Assembly: GCA_965215275.1 (NCBI GenBank)
Contig: OZ244044.1
Span: 960,001 to 1,024,000 of the forward strand
Direction: 5' to 3'
DNA length: 64,000 bases
Source of the DNA: Thermodesulfobacteriota bacterium
GTDB taxonomy: Bacteria > Desulfobacterota_D > UBA1144 > Nemesobacterales > JAJCZQ01
The translations under genes were made by a program, and so were the position numbers. Within the stretch, counting starts at the first letter, position 1. Each line of letters begins with the position of its first letter. The notes beneath the pieces are model-generated. The model was not told the origin of the DNA. It did not search any database and saw only the letters and a program-made list of their open reading frames with translations. Below are positions 50,901 to 59,284 of this stretch, piece by piece.

Positions 50901-51129
50901 GGATGAGGTGAGTTTCATGCTCAGTGTAGAGGTTCCTTCTACTCCAGGACCAACACCACCACAAGGACCAAGAACGTCAGGTAGTGATTCAGGCGGAGGT
51001 GGAGGAGGATGTGCTGTCTCAGATCAGAGCAGCGTTGTTTCTGATATTCTTGGAGTAATGGCATGTCTGATACTTATACCTGTGTCAGTAGTGATAAGAA
51101 GGAAGAGAAGATCTCAGATAAAGAATTAG
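47920..51129 (+). CDS. S8 kexin-like pseudo-peptidase with P-domain, about 5 Ig-like repeats and a C-terminal membrane anchor
   Basis: Signal peptide; DPLY..QWHL, LSWRD, YGFG.VDA; P-domain; LPEATGG...LP.GL...R.ISGTP repeats; GGGGC-TM-RRKRR tail; catalytic D/H/S substituted. Confidence 0.85.
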   Translation: MFKIIPPPSKLILSLFLFFLCIITIAAKGQSSLEETLSECRDISADTEDPLYGCQWHLKNTGQLIYSGKRITSGEDINVEGVWNEDVYGTGINIAIVSDGIDLSHEDLSAKVRSGPNYDLSERNNSEENSSEKDNSERDDLSYGSSFSGTRAAGVIAATGYNGLGVRGTAPGASIYSYGLTGDLREADAVVRNKEITAVSVNGRGSEDGAFFQEALSSWEEGVELGISKGFYGKGVFYVRGAGDGHENNDQANFSEHSNYYGVTAVCSTDGYGKKSIFSEEGVNLWVCAPGSDIVTTDNNNDYVVTSGTFLSASQVAGVAALLREINGQLSWRDIKLILAGSARQNDFFDMSWETGAVKYGSDTERYKYNPKYGFGVVDAEAAAELARSWKGVGEMRTVTASSDNELTIPDGEGEADGVLVSRLIIPDLEEIFTEFVEVELVFSHDRLQDLNIQITSPSGTVSELVREFSGEEEDADISYLRRTHRFGSAKHLGEYPSGEWVLHIYDTASGDGEAENSENTGTLHSWSIRVYGHVFLSDRGKEITTKITTLPPISDKVYEQGRLVSEVMPEATGGTTPRFAFTHPLPDGLEFDRDTRVLSGVPTTVGVTSVRYLAQGADNFQSVKTFTITITAYTGPSFGSESIEDKVYINGEAVNETLPEATSGNAPLTYSLTNTGLTTLTLHRGLDYTDRVISGTLNINIPEILPHTWSYTYKVTDNDGDTDELTFSITVRDATDVPTFSGETIDDQEYTAGVQITPVTLPEATSGDAPLIYRLTPALPDGLIYNNITGVISGTPTAAMSETMYTYTVTDNDGDTDELTFNIEVAASFSNVTIEDKVYIAGTAVTEMLPEATGHNGTVTYSLTPSLPTGLDFNTATREISGTPAAATSQTAYTYTVTTGAGGPARTLTFRITVEEDSMPDFSGVTIPDRVYTGRTITLPEATGGNPPVTYSITPDLPAGLSFNEVTRVISGTPRRASTGTYTYSVTDGNGDTDEVSFMLSVEVPSTPGPTPPQGPRTSGSDSGGGGGGCAVSDQSSVVSDILGVMACLILIPVSVVIRRKRRSQIKN

Positions 51130-51348
51130 CAATGCGGTACTTTCCAAAACACTGAACAAATTAAAATCTCTCAGTCAGAATAAAGGAATAATAGTGGAAA
51201 GACTAAATATAGACCTATCTGCAGATGGAGACATTTATGGTATTGATGCCTGTTTTTTTAATCTCGGACCAAAGTATATAATGTCATAAAAAAGTGTCTT
51301 ATACCTAGTATGTTCAAGTAAATATTTCCGGAAAAAACAGCAAGACAG

Positions 51349-51711
51349 CTAAATGCTGGATTTATTCTCTATTTTCTCATCTTCTTCCTTGCAGACAATA
51401 CACAGATTAGCTTCAGGCCTTGCTTTTAACCTCTCTTCTCCAATTTCCTCTTCACATTTTTCGCAGGTCCCGTAAGAACCACTTTCTATTCTCTGCAAGG
51501 CGTCCTGGATCTTGTGAATGAACTTCCTTTCCCTGTCGCGCTTTCTAAGCTCTATGGACTTGTTAAACTCGGAAAGTGCCCTGTCAATGGGATCGGGGAA
51601 CAAGATATCACTATTGCTGAGCTTGTTCAGAGACTCCTCCGCAACGCCAAGCAAGTTGGCAAGTTTACGGATTAAGACCTCTCTGTAGACTTGAAGTTCT
51701 TTCTGCTCCAT
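51349..51711 (-). CDS. dksA: RNA polymerase-binding protein DksA (4-Cys zinc finger)
   Basis: DPIDRA, RDRERK.I.KI..AL.RI..G.YG.CEKC...RL.ARP...LCIVC. Confidence 0.9.
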   Translation of the reverse strand: MEQKELQVYREVLIRKLANLLGVAEESLNKLSNSDILFPDPIDRALSEFNKSIELRKRDRERKFIHKIQDALQRIESGSYGTCEKCEEEIGEERLKARPEANLCIVCKEEDEKIENKSSI

Positions 51712-51859
51712 CGTTACTCCGCAAAACTCATAATCGCTTTATTAAAATAACAAAAACAGCAAAAAAAGAAAGTTATACATATAAACTCAATTCAGTCAGC
51801 AGCATAATTAAAACCCGACCTGCTTTCGTACAATTATCATCAGTTATTATTAAACCCTT

Positions 51860-52726
51860 ATGATGAAACTGATAAGAATCCATTTAACCGTTCCATCTGA
51901 GATCAGAGATCTGGCGTCGGATTTCCTTCTCGGACTTGGAGCTGTATCAACTTCCGAAGACGGCACTGGGACAGAGGTCTTGATATCAGCACTTTTTCCT
52001 GTTGACGCGGACATGCAGACCATAATCCACAGATTTAAGAATTATCTGGAATTCTTAAAAAAAGACTTTCTGGACTTTGACCCTGGAGAGATAAATATCG
52101 AGCACGTCAACCGCTCGAACTGGGAGGCATGGAAAAAAAGATTAAACAAGATAAAAGTCGGTAACGTTTGCATTGTGCCGCCATGGGACATGGACGGACA
52201 AGACGACAGTAAGCTGCTGGTCGTGATCAATCCCTCAATGGCATTTGGCACCGGGCATCATGAAACCACAAAGCTCTGCATTAAATATATAGAAAGCCTG
52301 ATCGGCAATAAAAACCTGGATACGCTCCTGGACGTTGGATGCGGAAGTGCCATCTTATCGATCGTAGCTGTAAAATCAGGAATAAAGAAAGCGGTATGTT
52401 TTGATATCGACCCCGTGGCAATAAAAGAAGCCAGGGAGAACTTAGTGAGAAATAAAGTGAAAAACAGTGTAATCTCTTTCTGTGGATCAATTCAGAGCAT
52501 AAGAGGAACATACGACATTATAGCTGCAAATATAACGCTGGGGACATTACTGTCAATGAGGAACGAGTTCAAGGCCAGACTTTCATCTCGTGGGGTTTTA
52601 ATACTGTCCGGTATTATGGTTACACAAAAAAGACAGCTGATAAACGGATTCATCGACGCGGGGTTCAAACAAGTGGAAGAAAGAACTGATGGAGAATGGG
52701 CTGGGGTGACGTTTACAGCAGCATAG
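51860..52726 (+). CDS. prmA: Ribosomal protein L11 methyltransferase
   Basis: PSMAFGTGHHETT, LDVGCGS.ILSI, DIDPVA, AANI, LSGI. Confidence 0.93.
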   Translation: MMKLIRIHLTVPSEIRDLASDFLLGLGAVSTSEDGTGTEVLISALFPVDADMQTIIHRFKNYLEFLKKDFLDFDPGEINIEHVNRSNWEAWKKRLNKIKVGNVCIVPPWDMDGQDDSKLLVVINPSMAFGTGHHETTKLCIKYIESLIGNKNLDTLLDVGCGSAILSIVAVKSGIKKAVCFDIDPVAIKEARENLVRNKVKNSVISFCGSIQSIRGTYDIIAANITLGTLLSMRNEFKARLSSRGVLILSGIMVTQKRQLINGFIDAGFKQVEERTDGEWAGVTFTAA

Positions 52727-52742
52727 GCAGGGAAAACGTATT

Positions 52743-53783
52743 ATGTCTTCGTTTAAAACAATAGACTGGGCTGATAATAAAGTCGTTATGATAGATCAGC
52801 GGAGATTGCCGGACGAGGAGGTCTATCAGGAATATACATCTTATACCGAGGTAGCCACAGCAATCAGATCAATGGTGATCAGAGGTGCGCCGGCAATAGG
52901 GATCGCTGCGGCCATGGGCGTAGCCCTTGGATCACTTGAAGCAGAAACTTCCAGTAAGGAAAAATTCCTGGATGACATTAACAGGATCTGTGAAGTACTG
53001 GCTTCAACGAGGCCCACTGCCGTTAATCTGTTCTGGGCAATAGAAAGAATGAAAAAGGTCGTCTTTCTGAATAAAGAAAAAGAAATCCCAGAGATCCAGC
53101 AGGAACTCATCGCAGAGGCCAGGAAAATACTGAACGAAGATATAAAGATGTGCCAGAGTATAGGAAAGAACGGTTCAGGACTGATAAAAGAAGGTTCCGT
53201 CGTTCTGACTTACTGCAACGCCGGGGGCCTGGCCACGGGAGGATACGGAACTGCACTGGGAATTATAAGAAAAGCCCATGAAGAAAGTAAGAACATCAAG
53301 GTCATCTCCTGCGAAACCCGTCCTCGTCTTCAGGGAGCAAGATTAACCGCCTGGGAACTGGACAGAGAGGGTATACCCGTAACACTGGTCACCGACAACA
53401 TGGTAGGACACCTTATGAGCAGTAAAATAATAGATTCAGTGGTCGTAGGTGCAGACAGGATAGCTGCCAATGGAGACGTTGCCAACAAAATAGGCACTTA
53501 CACTGTTTCTGTACTTGCCAGACATCACAGAATTCCGTTTTACGTTGCGGCACCGACCTCAACGATAGACCACAACTGTCCCTCTGGAAAAGAAATAACG
53601 ATCGAGCAAAGGCACGGGTCGGAAATCACCCACTTTGGAGAAAGTAAGGTAGCAGCAGACGTTGAAGTTATGAACCCGGCATTCGACATTACTCCAAACG
53701 TCAACGTGGATTCAATTATCACGGAGACGGCTCTGCTCACGCCGCCTTATGATAAATCGCTGGGGGACTATATAGTTAAGTAG
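52743..53783 (+). CDS. mtnA: S-methyl-5-thioribose-1-phosphate isomerase
   Basis: IRGAPAIG, RPTAVNL, CNAG.LAT..YGTAL, ETRP.LQG.RLTAWEL, GADRI, NKIGTY, NPAFD. Confidence 0.95.
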   Translation: MSSFKTIDWADNKVVMIDQRRLPDEEVYQEYTSYTEVATAIRSMVIRGAPAIGIAAAMGVALGSLEAETSSKEKFLDDINRICEVLASTRPTAVNLFWAIERMKKVVFLNKEKEIPEIQQELIAEARKILNEDIKMCQSIGKNGSGLIKEGSVVLTYCNAGGLATGGYGTALGIIRKAHEESKNIKVISCETRPRLQGARLTAWELDREGIPVTLVTDNMVGHLMSSKIIDSVVVGADRIAANGDVANKIGTYTVSVLARHHRIPFYVAAPTSTIDHNCPSGKEITIEQRHGSEITHFGESKVAADVEVMNPAFDITPNVNVDSIITETALLTPPYDKSLGDYIVK

Positions 53784-53831
53784 ACAAGAGAAGAAGTTTC
53801 TAAACAAGCAGGGAAATGGTAGTATTTTGGT

Positions 53832-53918
53832 ATGGTTAGAACGGTAAGATACAGATTAAGATCTAATAACAGGAAGAAGTATAACAAACTGGAATCAACT
53901 GCTGGCTGTTGCAGGTTT
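53832..53918 (+). pseudogene. 5' remnant of an IS200/IS605 TnpB-like gene
   Basis: MVRTVRYRLRSNNRKKYNKLESTAGCCRF resembles the TnpB N-terminal HTH (YRL...L....G..RF); truncated at the convergent gene. Confidence 0.6.
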
Positions 53919-53928
53919 ATGCAGTTTA

Positions 53929-54366
53929 TTACAGTCCTTTTTCCATCTCCTCCTGAGCCTCCACGCTCAGGGTGGCAAAAGGAAGTGCCCTGAGCCTCCC
54001 TTCCCCTATCTTGTCTCCAGTAACTTCACAAACGCCATAGGTACCGTTCTCTATTTTTTTCAGCGCCTGATCTATCTGCGTTAATTTTTCACGCTCCCTG
54101 TTTGATAAGATCAAAGCCAGTTCACGCTGCTTGTCTTCGGAAGCATGGTCATAAAAATCCCCGACATCAAAACGCAGATGATCGGACTCCTCTTTAACAG
54201 ATTTAGCCACCTCTTTAAGTAACTCGTTCCTCATCTGCAAAAGCACCTGGCTCATTTCTTTCAGAAAATCAGAAGAATAACCAACCGAACTTTTAAATTT
54301 CCTTGTTCTGGCCTTTGGCCTGGTCTTTGTCTTTACTTTTTTTGCAGTGGTTTTTTTAGCAGACAC
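53929..54366 (-). CDS. TraR/DksA family regulator, zinc-finger-degenerate (one Cys)
   Basis: GDFYDHA, REREKL..I..AL.KI..GTYGVCEVTG..I...RL.ALP.A.LSVEAQ. Confidence 0.85.
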   Translation of the reverse strand: MSAKKTTAKKVKTKTRPKARTRKFKSSVGYSSDFLKEMSQVLLQMRNELLKEVAKSVKEESDHLRFDVGDFYDHASEDKQRELALILSNREREKLTQIDQALKKIENGTYGVCEVTGDKIGEGRLRALPFATLSVEAQEEMEKGL

Positions 54367-54662
54367 AGCTTTATGATCCTGTAGTATTTGAATTTTAGCT
54401 TTATTAAATTAATCCCATTTAACCGTTTGTCAATAAAGAGAAAGAGTAAAAAGGCATAAGCACATACGACCGCTGCATCATAAACTGATTAATAGTGCCT
54501 TGTAAAATCCCATAAAGTTATGGAATACCGCTCTTTTTAAAACAGATCTCACGGTCAAACCTCATAACATGAAAATTATATATTTAAACAAAAAAAGGAA
54601 TGATCCGGACAGCCTGAGGTGATATTTATCATTGCAAGAAAGGAAAGAAAAAGACGTTATAC

Positions 54663-54691
54663 TTGACATTGCGGTAGGACAGAAGTACAAT
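54663..54691 (+). promoter_or_regulatory. Sigma70 promoter of the riboswitch-btuB transcript
   Basis: TTGACA-17 nt-TACAAT immediately upstream of the riboswitch. Confidence 0.75.
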
Positions 54692-54702
54692 CCCATTGAG
54701 TT

Positions 54703-54870
54703 TATAGGTTAAGGGAATTCAGATGAAAGTTCTGAACTGTGCCCGCAGCCGTGATTAAGGTATGTTTTTGGATCTTAATTGAAGCTAAACCATTTAGCTT
54801 CAGACCACTGGCTAAAAGCTGGGAAGGTTAATCCAAAGATTTAATCCTTATAAGTCGGAAGACCTGCCTG
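54703..54870 (+). ncRNA. Cobalamin riboswitch
   Basis: AAGGGAA, TCAGATGAAAGTTCTGA, GCCCGCAGCCGTGA, GACCACTG...CTGGGAAGG and B12 box AAGTCGGAAGACCTGCC upstream of a TonB receptor. Confidence 0.88.
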
Positions 54871-55051
54871 AATACAGTAAATAAGTGTATTGCCTCGGGA
54901 GCAAGGTATCAGCTTTTTATGAGTTACTGCGGAACATCTCAGATCATTACTTTCATATAAATTAATGCGACTATCTGAAAGGATCAGAAACTCATCAGCG
55001 TTTTAACCGGTCCGTTCTCCTTGGGGTGCTGCTTATGGAAGGAGATGTTAA

Positions 55052-56989
55052 ATGAAAAATACCGTACTTGTTTTTTTAACGTTAGCTCTTGTATGTTCTG
55101 CACAGACTTCGTCTGCCGAAGATACAAAAGAATTTCAGGAAGTCGTCGTTACAGCAACAAAAGTACCAACTCCGCTTGAGCAACTGGGAGCTTCAGTGGA
55201 AGTCATCACAGAAGAAGACATTGAGCAGAGCCGTGCAACGGACGCAGCAGATATATTAAGAAAAATCCCGGGTTTGATATTGCCACAAGGCGGAAGCAGG
55301 GGTGGTACCGCCTCACTGTTTGTAAGAGGAGGTGAAAGCGACTATAACCTTATAATGATAGACGGAGTTCAGGTCAATCAATCTGCAGGCGCGTTCGATC
55401 TTTCCAACCTTACCACGGAAAACATAGAAAGGATAGAGATCATCAAAGGATCTCATTCTGCAATTTACGGTTCTGACGCTTTAACGTCCGTAATTAACAT
55501 AATCACGAAAAAAGGTACCGGAAAACCCAGTTTTTTCTTATCAGGAGCACTTGGAGCGAGAAAGGAGAACGAAAACCTCATACAGGAATACAAAGCTGGT
55601 ATTTCTGCCGGGAACCAGAAATACAGCTATTTTCTTTCTTTTGGCAGATCAAGTGATGAGGGAATACTGGACGTAAATAATCAGTATAAAAACAACACTT
55701 ACACAGGCACCTTTAACCTGACCGAGGAGAACTTAAACTTCTCTCTTACAACTATCCATCAGGACTCTACATTTGAATTTCCCACAGGAAGTGCCGGGGA
55801 CAGGTTCGACGTTCCTGACCCGGATAATTTCTCGCAAAATGATACGACCGTCGTAGGAGTTAATATCTCCTACAGATCTCTGCCATGGTGGGAGAACGTT
55901 CTCTCCCTCGGGTGGACAAGACAGGAAAGGAATAACACAGATGCAGATAACGGTGTGGAAATAGACCCGTTCGGAGGCTCTGAAAGTAAAGTGGAAGAAA
56001 GAAGACGAACGGCTGACTACAGATCCAACGTATTTTTTAACAGCAACGACTTATACTCGGTTACAACGCTGGGATTTGAATATGAAAAAGAAAAGTACGA
56101 CGGTTTCGGACTGGACAACTCAAGGAAAAACTACGCTTATTATATACAGGAACATATTGGCTTATATGAAAGTCTTTTCATTACCGCAGGTATAAGGTTT
56201 GATGATAATGGAAATTACGGAACGGAGTTCACGCCAAGGGCTTCACTGTCATACCTTATCAAGGGTTATGGAACAAAACTGAGATCATCGGCAGGCAGGG
56301 GAATTAAGGAACCAAGCTTCTTTGAGAACTTCGCCAGCGGTTTTACCACGGGAAATCCAGACCTTAAACCCGAAGAATCCTTTAGTATAGAAGGCGGTAT
56401 AGATCAGTCTTTATTAGATGACACTGTGAAACTTTACTTCACTTATTTCTGGAACAGATTTGAAAATCTGATCCAGTATAAAAGTGATGGTTTTGACAAT
56501 GGAACAAATTATGCCAACATCCAGGAAACTAATACAAGCGGCATAGAGGTCGGTGGAGAATTTAATGTCAGCAGGGAATTAACGTTAGGGTTAAACTACA
56601 TTTATCTTGATGCCGAAGTAACTGAAGACGGCGGTTTAGGTTCTGCTGGATTTTCCGCAGGGTCTGAACTGATAAGGCGACCCAAGCATTATCTTTCTTT
56701 TGTGGCAAACTATTTTTACAAGGATTTTAACCTGAACGTATCTGGAACTTACATTGGCAAGAGAGATGACCTGGATTTTTCATCATTCCCCTCAAACAGG
56801 GTGAAAAACGACGCATACTTCAGAGCTGACCTTGCCGCAAGTTACAAACTCCCGCCGGGTCTTTCATATTTACAAGGGACAACCGTGTTTACAAGGATAA
56901 ACAATATTCTCAATAAGGATTATGAAGATATTTTCGGTTTTTCAAGTCCCGGATTTAACTTTACAGTGGGGTTGCACCTTATGTTTTAG
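55052..56989 (+). CDS. btuB: TonB-dependent receptor, vitamin B12 transporter
   Basis: Signal peptide, EVVVTAT TonB box, plug motifs (IDGV, IERIEIIKG..SAIYGSDA...VINIITK), C-terminal F; under a cobalamin riboswitch. Confidence 0.85.
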   Translation: MKNTVLVFLTLALVCSAQTSSAEDTKEFQEVVVTATKVPTPLEQLGASVEVITEEDIEQSRATDAADILRKIPGLILPQGGSRGGTASLFVRGGESDYNLIMIDGVQVNQSAGAFDLSNLTTENIERIEIIKGSHSAIYGSDALTSVINIITKKGTGKPSFFLSGALGARKENENLIQEYKAGISAGNQKYSYFLSFGRSSDEGILDVNNQYKNNTYTGTFNLTEENLNFSLTTIHQDSTFEFPTGSAGDRFDVPDPDNFSQNDTTVVGVNISYRSLPWWENVLSLGWTRQERNNTDADNGVEIDPFGGSESKVEERRRTADYRSNVFFNSNDLYSVTTLGFEYEKEKYDGFGLDNSRKNYAYYIQEHIGLYESLFITAGIRFDDNGNYGTEFTPRASLSYLIKGYGTKLRSSAGRGIKEPSFFENFASGFTTGNPDLKPEESFSIEGGIDQSLLDDTVKLYFTYFWNRFENLIQYKSDGFDNGTNYANIQETNTSGIEVGGEFNVSRELTLGLNYIYLDAEVTEDGGLGSAGFSAGSELIRRPKHYLSFVANYFYKDFNLNVSGTYIGKRDDLDFSSFPSNRVKNDAYFRADLAASYKLPPGLSYLQGTTVFTRINNILNKDYEDIFGFSSPGFNFTVGLHLMF

Positions 56990-57085
56990 CCATTAATATC
57001 ACAACCTAATCTGCTTTACACGGGTTACCCATATTAACCCGCTCTTATTATAGATCTGAAATCTTATTTTTCTTGGCAGGTTCCT

Positions 57086-58111
57086 TCACTTTACAAAAGG
57101 AATAACCTCTTCTCCAAACAGTTTAATACATCTGGCGATCGCCTCGTTCGGCGCTTGCGGGAAGACCATTCTGCAAGCTATGTAATTAATGCCTGTTTCC
57201 TCTCTGTACTTACTTATCTCATCAACGCAGTAACTTGGGGTCCCGATCATAAACCTGTCATCGGCAATATGCTCAAACAACGGATCATCAATACTTTTTA
57301 CCTGCTGACCTCTGATAAATATCTTCACACCCAGAGTGAAATAAAACTTATACATATTTATTATATACTCCCTTCCCCCCTCCATCGCCTTATCCCCTGT
57401 TTCAGCAATGAACGTCTCTCTGAGCAGAATATGTTCAAAATCATCAGGGTTATACCCTTCCTTTGAGGCAGAGTCGTTAAACCAGTCTAACGTGTCCTTT
57501 ATCATATCGGTCGTCCTTCCAGGACCTATAAGTAAAGGACATCCCAGTCGCCCTGCCCTTCTGATCGCCGGCTCTTCAAATGCTCCGATGTAGATCGGGG
57601 GAGGGTTTTGTAACGGCTTGGGGGTAACGTCGATATTTTCAAAGTTAAATCTTTTACCTTTGAACGTAAACGGCTCGTTACTCCAGGACTTCTTTATTAT
57701 TTCAATTCCTTCTTCAATCCTCGAAGGACGCTCAGCTATTGGTATATTAAATCCATCAAATTCTTCTTTTCTGTACCCTATAGCCACTCCAAGATCAAAA
57801 CGTCCGCCGGATATTAAATCCACCGTAGCAGCATCCTCAGCAACACGAACGGGATTGTGAAGTGTAAGTATCAGGGCCCCGGTACCGATCCTGATAGTAC
57901 TGGTGGAAGCTGCCATTGCCGCAGCCATAGTAAGGGGAGACGAACAGTATCCATCCTCCAGGAAGTGGTGTTCAGACAACCAGGCAGAATGAAATCCCAC
58001 ATTTTCTGCCAGTTTAACATTCTCCAACGTGTTTCTGTAAAGATCCCGATGGGTTACGTCCGGAAGGTCCTTATGAGTCTGCATACTGAAAAGTCCAACG
58101 CCAAGTTTCAT
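57086..58111 (-). CDS. LLM class flavin/F420-dependent oxidoreductase
   Basis: GFHSAWLSEHHF, NPVRVAEDAATVD.ISGGRF.LG...GY, PKP.Q.PPPI. Confidence 0.9.
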   Translation of the reverse strand: MKLGVGLFSMQTHKDLPDVTHRDLYRNTLENVKLAENVGFHSAWLSEHHFLEDGYCSSPLTMAAAMAASTSTIRIGTGALILTLHNPVRVAEDAATVDLISGGRFDLGVAIGYRKEEFDGFNIPIAERPSRIEEGIEIIKKSWSNEPFTFKGKRFNFENIDVTPKPLQNPPPIYIGAFEEPAIRRAGRLGCPLLIGPGRTTDMIKDTLDWFNDSASKEGYNPDDFEHILLRETFIAETGDKAMEGGREYIINMYKFYFTLGVKIFIRGQQVKSIDDPLFEHIADDRFMIGTPSYCVDEISKYREETGINYIACRMVFPQAPNEAIARCIKLFGEEVIPFVK

Positions 58112-58191
58112 AAAACATCCTCCAGAAATAATCTTAAGTAATGAAAATTATATACAAAGATACATAAAACAGTTACTTATCTGCTAATTCA

Positions 58192-58359
58192 GGGAACTAT
58201 ATAGGAAAGTTGGCGAAATAGCAATTTGAGGAATATACAGATGAGTTTTCAGAAGGTTAAACGATAGGTAACGTTAAAACAGACACACAAGACCGATTGG
58301 ATGCTCTTTTTAGCAGTATGGCAGGAAAAACTATTACCTTTTAACAATTAACACAGTAA
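58192..58359 (+). mobile_element. Degenerate IS1595-family relic (TIR-like end + transposase C-terminus)
   Basis: GGGAACTATATAGGAAAGTTGGCGAA, then YTDEFS...GNVKTDTQDRLDALFSSMAGKTITF*QLTQ* with internal stops. Confidence 0.55.
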
Positions 58360-58578
58360 TGACGACCCAGGATAGAGGAGTCCTGACCGTGTCTGGTAGT
58401 TATTCCTTTTATGATGAAAAAGTTTAAAAGCAAAAAAGATGTTTTTTAAAATGGAATCAATCCCGCATAAACGACTATAAAAAACCAACTAAAGTAAGGA
58501 CTGAATAAAAGTTTTAAATCAGTAGTAAACTCTATAGGAAATCCTTTTATAAAAGAAGTTAATAATTAAAGGAAGTTA

Positions 58579-58992
58579 TTAGTTACCATTTTCTTTTTTA
58601 TTCTTAATAAAATCATTAAAAGACCTGATCAATTCGTCTATAACTTTCGCATGAGAATCTAATTTTTTATTCATATCTTCCAACTGATTTTTTGTCTGAG
58701 AAGACAACTGATAAATATCCTTTTTAACTTCCTCAATCTTGTCTGAATATTCTTCTAACATTTCCTTCTCCTTAATACTTAACTGATTATCTATATATAT
58801 TCTGATAAATAAAAACGTAGCAGCAACTATTGACGTTGATAGTAATACAAAAGCAACTAAATTTAATCCTAATAGCTTATAATAATTATAATAAGTCGCT
58901 ATACCAAAAACACATATACCGAGTACAAGGTATATAAATATCAAAACAGTTAACAAACTATCTATTGTACCTTTAAGGTTCCTGCGTTCCAT
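58579..58992 (-). CDS. Hypothetical 2-TM + coiled-coil protein, probable IS cargo
   Basis: Two hydrophobic helices then a heptad-rich tail; AT-rich; ATG 6 nt after the cargo-promoter -10. Confidence 0.7.
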   Translation of the reverse strand: MERRNLKGTIDSLLTVLIFIYLVLGICVFGIATYYNYYKLLGLNLVAFVLLSTSIVAATFLFIRIYIDNQLSIKEKEMLEEYSDKIEEVKKDIYQLSSQTKNQLEDMNKKLDSHAKVIDELIRSFNDFIKNKKENGN

Positions 58993-58998
58993 AATAAT

Positions 58999-59062
58999 CT
59001 TATATCAGACCGTGAGTGATTAGTCAACCTTTTTAACGGATCAGATATTTATACTTTATCCG
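58999..59062 (-). mobile_element. IS1595 transposase 3' tip + cargo promoter (second copy)
   Basis: RIKYKYLIR* (59062-59033) vs RLKYKELIS* of the intact tnp, followed by GGTTGACTAATCACTCACGGTCTGATATAAG. Confidence 0.75.
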
Positions 59063-59284
59063 TATCAAAGATAACCTTGAACTTTCCATAACTGTGCCAG
59101 TTTTAACCGTGAAGGTATATTGTGGAGAACGGTTATTGCAGCAGTAAGAATATCAGCGTATTAATTAAATATTCAACCATTTCCGATGTAAATCAAGCAA
59201 AGGATTTTCCAAAACGCTTCCAATGAAACTATTGAACCTTTAAATAGAATATGTTTTAATCAATGATGAGAATTCCTTGAAGAG

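Noticed and set aside
49560..50930. Repeats such as GATGGAGATACGGATGAG in the peptidase gene as a separate element
   Set aside because: Explained by the tandem Ig-like domains of the protein.
51196..51250. DUF2283-like fragment (LNIDLSADGDIYGID)
   Set aside because: Too short to support without a search; no complete gene.
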